Below are positions 55,901-64,000 of a DNA stretch of 64,000 bases, in pieces. Made by a program: the position numbers and the translations under genes. Within the stretch, counting starts at the first letter, position 1. Every line of letters begins with the position of its first letter. This DNA is from Eledone cirrhosa (Eukaryota), in assembly GCA_964016885.1 (NCBI GenBank), contig OZ024745.1, forward strand, positions 30,504,001 to 30,568,000, read 5' to 3'. The notes under the pieces were generated by a model. The model was not told where the DNA came from and ran no database searches. It saw only the letters and a program-made list of their open reading frames with translations.

Positions 55901-58900
55901 TTAACCTCAACAAAGGGCGACAATTCATAGATGTGACATCTGTGTATGAAGAACAACACTTTAACCTCAACAAAGGGCGACAATTCATAGATGTGACATC
56001 TGTGTATGAAGAACAACACTTTAACCTCAACAAAGGGTGACAATTCATAGATGTGACATCTGTGTATGAAGAACAACACTTTAACCTCAACAAAGGGTGA
56101 CAATTCATAGATGTGACATCTGAGTATGAAGAACAACACTTTAACCTCAACAAAGGGTGACAATTAATAGATGTGACATCTGTGTATGAAGAACAACACT
56201 TTAACCTCAACAAAGGGCGACAATTCATAGATGTGACATCTGTGTATGAAGAACAACACTTTAACCTCAACAAAGGGTGACAATTCATAGATGTGACAGC
56301 TGTGTATGAAGAACAACACTTTAACCTCAACAAAAAGTGACAATTCATAGATGTGACATCTGTGTATGAAGAACAACACTTTAACCTCAACAAAGGGTGA
56401 CAATTCATAGATGTGACATCTGAGTATGAAGAACAACACTTTAACCTCAACAAAGGGTGACAATTAATAGATGTGACATCTGTGTATGAAGAACAACACT
56501 TTAACCTCAACAAAGGGTGACAATTCATAGATGTGACATCTCAGTATGAGGAACAACACTTTAACCTCAACAAAGGGTGACAATTCATAGATGTGACATC
56601 TGTGTATGACGAACAACACTTTAACCTCAACAAAGGGTGACAATTCATAGATGTGACATCTGAATATGAAGAACAACACTTTAACCTCAACAAAGGGTGA
56701 CAATTCATAGATGTGACATCTGTGTATGAAGAACAACACTTTAACCTCAACAAAGGGTGAGAATCCATAGATGTGACATCTGTTTATGAAGAACAACACT
56801 TTAACCTCAACAAAGGGTGACAATCCATAGATGTGACATCTGTGTATGAAGAACAACACTTTAACCTCAACAAAGGGTGACAATTCATAGATGTGACATC
56901 TGAGTATGAAGAACAACACTTTAACCTCAACAAAGGGTGACAATTCATAGATGTGACATCTGAGTATGAAGAACAACAGTTTAACCTTAACGAAGGGTGA
57001 CAATCTATAGATGTGACATCTGTATATGAAGAACAACACTTTAACCTCAACAAAGGTGACAATTCATTGATGTGACATCTGAGTATGAAGAACAACAGTT
57101 TAAACCCAACAAAGGGTGACAATTCATAGATGTGACATCTGTGTGTGAAGAACAACACTTTAACCTCAACAAAGGTGACAAATCATAGATGTGACATCTG
57201 TGTATTAAGAACACTTTAACCTCAACAAAGAGTGACAATTCATAGATGTGACATCTGTGTATGAAGAACAAAACTTTAACCTCAACAAAGGGTGACAATT
57301 CATAGATGTGACATCTGTGTATGAAGAACAACACTTTAACCTCAACAAAGGGTGACAATTCATAGATGTGACAGCTGTGTATGAAGAACAACACTTTAAC
57401 CTCAACAAAAAGTGACAATTCATAGATGTGACATCTGTGTATGAAGAACAACACTTTAACCTCAACAAAGGGTGACAATTCATAGATGTGACATCTGAGT
57501 ATGAAGAACAACACTTTAACCTCAACAAAGGGTGACAATTAATAGATGTGACATCTGTGTATGAAGAACAACACTTTAACCTCAACAAAGGGTGACAATT
57601 CATAGATGTGACATCTCAGTATGAGGAACAACACTTTAACCTCAACAAAGGGTGACAATTCATAGATGTGACATCTGTGTATGAAGAACAACACTTTAAC
57701 CTCAACAAAGGGTGACAATTCATAGATGTGACATCTGAATATGAAGAACAACACTTTAACCTCAACAAAGGGTGACAATTCATAGATGTGACATCTGTGT
57801 ATGAAGAACAACACTTTAACCTCAACAAAGGGTGAGAATCCATAGATGTGACATCTGTTTATGAAGAACAACACTTTAACCTCAACAAAGGGTGACAATC
57901 CATAGATGTGACATCTGTGTATGAAGAACAACACTTTAACCTCAACAAAGGGTGACAATTCATAGATGTGACATCTGAGTATGAAGAACAACACTTTAAC
58001 CTCAACAAAGGGTGACAATTCATAGATGTGACATCTGAGTATGAAGAACAACAGTTTAACCTTAACGAAGGGTGACAATCTATAGATGTGACATCTGTAT
58101 ATGAAGAACAACACTTTAACCTCAACAAAGGTGACAATTCATTGATGTGACATCTGAGTATGAAGAACAACAGTTTAAACCCAACAAAGGGTGACAATTC
58201 ATAGATGTGACATCTGTGTGTGAAGAACAACACTTTAACCTCAACAAAGGTGACAAATCATAGATGTGACATCTGTGTATTAAGAACACTTTAACCTCAA
58301 CAAAGAGTGACAATTCATAGATGTGACATCTGTGTATGAAGAACAACACTTTAACCTCAACAAAGGCCGACAATTCATAGATGTGACATCTGTGTATGAA
58401 GAACAACAGTTTAACCTCAACAAAGGGCGACAATTCATAGATGTGACAGCTGTGTATGAAGAACAGCACTTTAACCTCAACAAAGGGTGACAATTCATAG
58501 ATGTAACATCTGTGTATGAAGAACAACACTTTAACCTCAACAAAGGGTGACAATTCATAGATATGACATCTGTGTATGAAGAACAACACTTTAACCTCAA
58601 CAAAGAGTGACAATTCATAGATGTGACATCTGTGTATGAAGAACAACACTTTAACCTCAACAAAGGGCGACAATTCATAGATGTGACATCTGTGTATGAA
58701 GAACAACACTTTAACCGTAACAAACAAAGGGTGACAATTCATAGATGTGACATCTGAGTATGAAGAACAACACTTTAACCTCAACAAAGGGTGACAATTC
58801 ATAGATGTGACATCTGAGTATGAAGAACAACACTTTAACCTCAACAAAGGGCGACAATTCATAGATGTGACATCTGTGTATGAAGAACAACACTTTAACC

Positions 58901-61900
58901 TCCACAAACAAAGGGTGACAATTCATAGATGTGACATCTGTGTATGAAGAACAACACTTTAACCTCAACAAAGGGCGACAATTCATACATGTGACATCTG
59001 TGTATGAAGAACAACACTTTAACCTCAACAAAGGGTGACAATTCATAGATGTGACATCTGTGTATGAAGAACAACACTTTAACCTCAACACAGGTGACAA
59101 TTCATAGATGTGACATCTGTGTATGAAGAACAAAACTTTAACCTCAACAAAGGGTGACAATTCATAGATGTGACATCTGTGTATGAAGAACAACACTTTA
59201 ACCTCAACAAAGGGTAACAATTCATAGATGTGACATCTGTGTATGAAGAACAACACTTTAACCTCAACAAAGAGTGACAATTCATAGATGTGACATCTGT
59301 GTATGAAGAACAACACTTTAACCTCAACAAAGGGTGACAATTCATAGATGTGACATCTGAGTATGAAGAACAACACTTTAACCTCAACAAAGGGTGACAA
59401 TTAATAGATGTGACATCTGTGTATGAAGAACAACACTTTAACCTCAACAAAGGGTGACAATTCATAGATGTGACATCTGTGTATGAAGAACAACACTTTA
59501 ACCTTAACAAACAAAGGGAGACAATCCATAGATGTGACATCTGTCTATGAAGAACAACACTTCAACCTTAACAAACAAAGGGTGACAATCCATAGATGTG
59601 ACATCTGTGTATGAAGAACAACTCTTTAACCTTAACAAACAAAGGGTGACAATTCATAGATGTGACATCTGTGTATGAAGAACAACACTTTAACCTCAAA
59701 AAAGGGTGACAATTCATAGATGTGACATCTGTGTATGAAGAACAACACTTTAACCTCAACAAAGGGCTACAATTCATAGACGTGACATCTGTGTATGAAG
59801 AAGAACACTTTAACCTTAACAAACAAAGGGTGACAATCCATAGATGTGACATCTGTGTATGAAGAACAACACTTTAACCTTAACAAACAAAGGGTGACAA
59901 TTCATAGATGTGACATCTGTGTATGAAGAACAACACTTTAACCTCAACAAAGGGTGACAATTCATAGATGTGACATCTGTGTATGAAGAACAACACTTTA
60001 CCCTCAACAAAGGGTGACAATTCATAGATGTGACATCTGTGTATGAAGAACAACACGTTAACCTCAACAAAGGTCGACAATTCATAGATGTGACATCTGT
60101 GTATGAAAAACAACACTTTAACCTCAACAAAGGGCGACAATTCATAGATGTGACATCTGTGTATGAAGAACAACACTTTAACCTCAACAAAGGGCGACAA
60201 TTCATAGATGTGACATCTGTGTATGAAGAACAACACTTTAACCTCAACAAAGGGTGACAATTCATAGATGTGACATCTGTGTATGAAGAACAACACTTTA
60301 ACCTCAACAAAGGGTGACAATTCATAGATGTGACATCTGAGTATGAAGAACAACACTTTAACCTCAACAAAGGGTGACAATTAATATATGTGACATCTGT
60401 GTATGAAGAACAACACTTTAACCTCAACAAAGGGTGACAATTCATAGATGTGACATCTTTGTATGAAGAACAACACTTTAACCTCAACAAAGGGGAACAA
60501 TTCATAGATGTGACATCTGTGTATGAAGAACAACACTTTAACCTCAACAAAGGGTGACAATTCATAGATGTGACATCTGTGTATGAAGAACAACACTTTA
60601 ACCTTAACAAACAAAGGGAGAGAATCCATAGATGTGACATCTGTGTATGAAGAACAACACTTTAACCTTAACAAACAAAGGGTGACAATCCATAGATGTG
60701 ACATCTGTGTATGAAGAACAACACTTTAACCTCAACAAAGGGTGACAATTCATAGATGTGACATCTGAGTATGAAGAACAACACTTTAACCTCAACAAAG
60801 GGTGACAATTAATAGATGTGACATCTGTGTATGAAGAACAACACTTTAACCTCAACAAAGGGTGACAATTCATAGATGTGACATCTTTGTATGAAGAACA
60901 ACACTTTAACCTCAACAAACAAAGGGTGACAATTCATAGATGTGACATCTGTGTATGAAGAACAACACTTTAACCTCAAAAAGGGTGACAATTCATAGAT
61001 GTGACATCTGTGTATGAAGAACAACACTTTAACCTCAACAAAGGGCGACAATTCATAGACGTGACATCTGTGTATGAAGAACAACACATTAACCTTAACG
61101 AACAAAGGGTGACAATTCATAGATCTGACATCTGAGTATGAAGAACAACACTTTAACCTCAACAAAGGGTGAGAATTCATAGATGTGACATCTGTGTATG
61201 AAGAACAACACTTTAACCTCAACAAAGGGTGACAATTCATAGATGTGACATCTGTGTATGAAGAACAACACTTTAACATCAACAAAGGGTGACAATTCAT
61301 AGATGTGACATCTGTGTATGAAGAACAACACTTTAACCTCAACAAAGGGCGACAATTCATAGATGTGACATCTGTGTATGAACAACAACACTTTAACCTC
61401 AACAAAGGGCGACAATTCATAGATGTGACATCTGTGTATGAAGAACAACACTTTAACCTCAACAAAGGGCGACAATTCATAGATGTGACATCTGTGTATG
61501 AAGAACAACACTTTAACCTCAACAAAGGGTGACAATTCATAGATGTGACATCTGTGTATGAAGAACAACACTTTAACCTCAACAAAGGGTGACAATTCAT
61601 AGATGTGACATCTGTGTATGAAGAACAACACTTTAACATCAACAAAGGGTGACAATTCATAGATGTGACATCTCAGTATGAAGAACAACACTTTAACCTC
61701 AACAAAGGGTGACAATTCATAGATGTGACATCTGTGTATGAAGAACAACACTTTAACCTCAACAAAGGGTGACAATTCATAGATGTGACATCTGTGTATG
61801 AAGAACAACACTTTAACCTTAACAAACAAAGGGAGACAATCCATAGATGTGACATCTGTGTATGAAGAACAACACTTCAACCTTAACAAACAAAGGGTGA

Positions 61901-64000
61901 CAATCCATAGATGTGACATCTGTGTATGAAGAACAACTCTTTAACCTTAACAAACAAAGGGTGACAATTCATAGATGTGACATCTGTGTATGAAGAACAA
62001 CACTTTAACCTCAAAAAAGGGTGACAATTCATAGATGTGACATCTGTGTATGAAGAACAACACTTTAACCTCAACAAAGGGCGACAATTCATAGACGTGA
62101 CATCTGTGTATGAAGAAGAACACTTTAACCTTAACAAACAAAGGGTGACAATCCATAGATGTGACATCTGTGTATGAAGAACAACACTTTAACCTTAACA
62201 AACAAAGGGTGACAATTCATAGATGTGACATCTGTGTATGAAGAACAACACTTTAACCTCAACAAAGGGTGACAATTCATAGATGTGACATCTGTGTATG
62301 AAGAACAACACTTTACCCTCAACAAAGGGTGACAATTCATAGATGTGACATCTGTGTATGAAGAACAACACGTTAACCTCAACAAAGGGCGACAATTCAT
62401 AGATGTGACATCTGTGTATGAAAAACAACACTTTAACCTCAACAAAGGGCGACAATTCATAGATGTGACATCTGTGTATGAAGAACAACACTTTAACCTC
62501 AACAAAGGGCGACAATTCATAGATGTGACATCTGTGTATGAAGAACAACACTTTAAATTCAACAAAGGATGACAATTCATAGATGTGACATCTGTGTATG
62601 AAGAACAACACTTTAACCTCAACAAAGGGTGACAATTCATAGATGTGACATCTGAGTATGAAGAACAACACTTTAACCTCAACAACGGGCGACAATTCAT
62701 AGACGTGACATCTGTGTATGAAGAACAACACTTTAACCTCAACAAAGGGTGAGAATCCATAGATGTGACATCTGTTTATGAAGAACAACACTTTAACCTC
62801 AACAAAGGGTGACAATCCATAGATGTGACATCTGTGTATGAAGAACAACACTTTAACCTCAACAAAGGGTGACAATTCATAGATGTGACATCTGAGTATG
62901 AAGAACAACACTTTAACCTCAACAAAGGGTGACAATTCATAGATGTGACATCTGAGTATGAAGAACAACAGTTTAACCTTAACGAAGGGTGACAATCTAT
63001 AGATGTGACATCTGTATATGAAGAACAACACTTTAACCTCAACAAAGGTGACAATTCATTGATGTGACATCTGAGTATGAAGAACAACAGTTTAAACCCA
63101 ACAAAGGGTGACAATTCATAGATGTGACATCTGTGTGTGAAGAACAACACTTTAACCTCAACAAAGGTGACAAATCATAGATGTGACATCTGTGTATTAA
63201 GAACACTTTAACCTCAACAAAGAGTGACAATTCATAGATGTGACATCTGTGTATGAAGAACAACACTTTAACCTCAACAAAGGCCGACAATTCATAGATG
63301 TGACATCTGTGTATGAAGAACAACAGTTTAACCTCAACAAAGGGCGACAATTCATAGATGTGACAGCTGTGTATGAAGAACAGCACTTTAACCTCAACAA
63401 AGGGTGACAATTCATAGATGTAACATCTGTGTATGAAGAACAACACTTTAACCTCAACAAAGGGTGACAATTCATAGATATGACATCTGTGTATGAAGAA
63501 CAACACTTTAACCTCAACAAAGAGTGACAATTCATAGATGTGACATCTGTGTATGAAGAACAACACTTTAACCTCAACAAAGGGCGACAATTCATAGATG
63601 TGACATCTGTGTATGAAGAACAACACTTTAACCGTAACAAACAAAGGGTGACAATTCATAGATGTGACATCTGAGTATGAAGAACAACACTTTAACCTCA
63701 ACAAAGGGTGACAATTCATAGATGTGACATCTGAGTATGAAGAACAACACTTTAACCTCAACAAAGGGCGACAATTCATAGATGTGACATCTGTGTATGA
63801 AGAACAACACTTTAACCTCCACAAACAAAGGGTGACAATTCATAGATGTGACATCTGTGTATGAAGAACAACACTTTAACCTCAACAAAGGGCGACAATT
63901 CATACATGTGACATCTGTGTATGAAGAACAACACTTTAACCTCAACAAAGGGTGACAATTCATAGATGTGACATCTGTGTATGAAGAACAACACTTTAAC
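37925..64000. repeat. 60-bp satellite array (more than 26 kb, about 430 monomers, open at the window end) with higher-order repeats
   Basis: Consensus ctttaacctcaacaaagggtgacaattcatagatgtgacatctgtgtatgaagaacaaca; 57/58/59/64-bp length variants recur periodically. Confidence 0.99.
38004..38224. mobile_element. piggyBac-type MITE (221 bp) inserted in a satellite monomer
   Basis: 14-bp TIR ccctttagcattta/taaatgctaaaggg; TTAA TSD at 38000-38003 and 38225-38228; the monomer continues across the insertion. Confidence 0.92.

Noticed and set aside
38155-64000. Dozens of Cys/His-rich repeat ORFs up to 476 aa
   Set aside because: Translations of a 60-bp satellite; frames switch at 57/58/59/64-bp variants and no zinc-finger spacing is present
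37925-64000. CRISPR-like array
   Set aside because: No unique spacers, contiguous monomers, no cas genes, eukaryotic context

Overview
AT-rich animal (eukaryotic) repeat DNA with no recognisable host gene. The SINE/RTE families and the (TA)n/(CA)n load look like an octopus or other cephalopod genome; this is an inference. Bases 1-37.9 kb are a nest of decayed transposons separated by microsatellites: a Helitron with an internal deletion and a SINE insertion, a CRE-like LINE fragment, two Penelope-like elements (PLEs), a near full-length R4/Dong-type LINE, several RTE-type LINEs carrying a PHD-like finger, tRNA-derived SINEs, fold-back palindromes, a 4.6-kb (TA)n tract and a 61-bp minisatellite. 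From about 37.9 kb to the window end is a 60-bp satellite of about 430 monomers. It shows a nested higher-order structure (about 23-mer, then about 4.1-4.2 kb) and a TTAA/piggyBac-type MITE at its edge. The least obvious signal is a set of type-I hammerhead ribozyme folds (CTGANGA...GAAA, mostly with short palindromic stem III, some with very long stem II) in PLE pseudo-LTRs and orphan repeats. Most ORF-track entries are artefacts of repeat translation. Element boundaries were read by eye and are approximate unless TSD/TIR coordinates are given.
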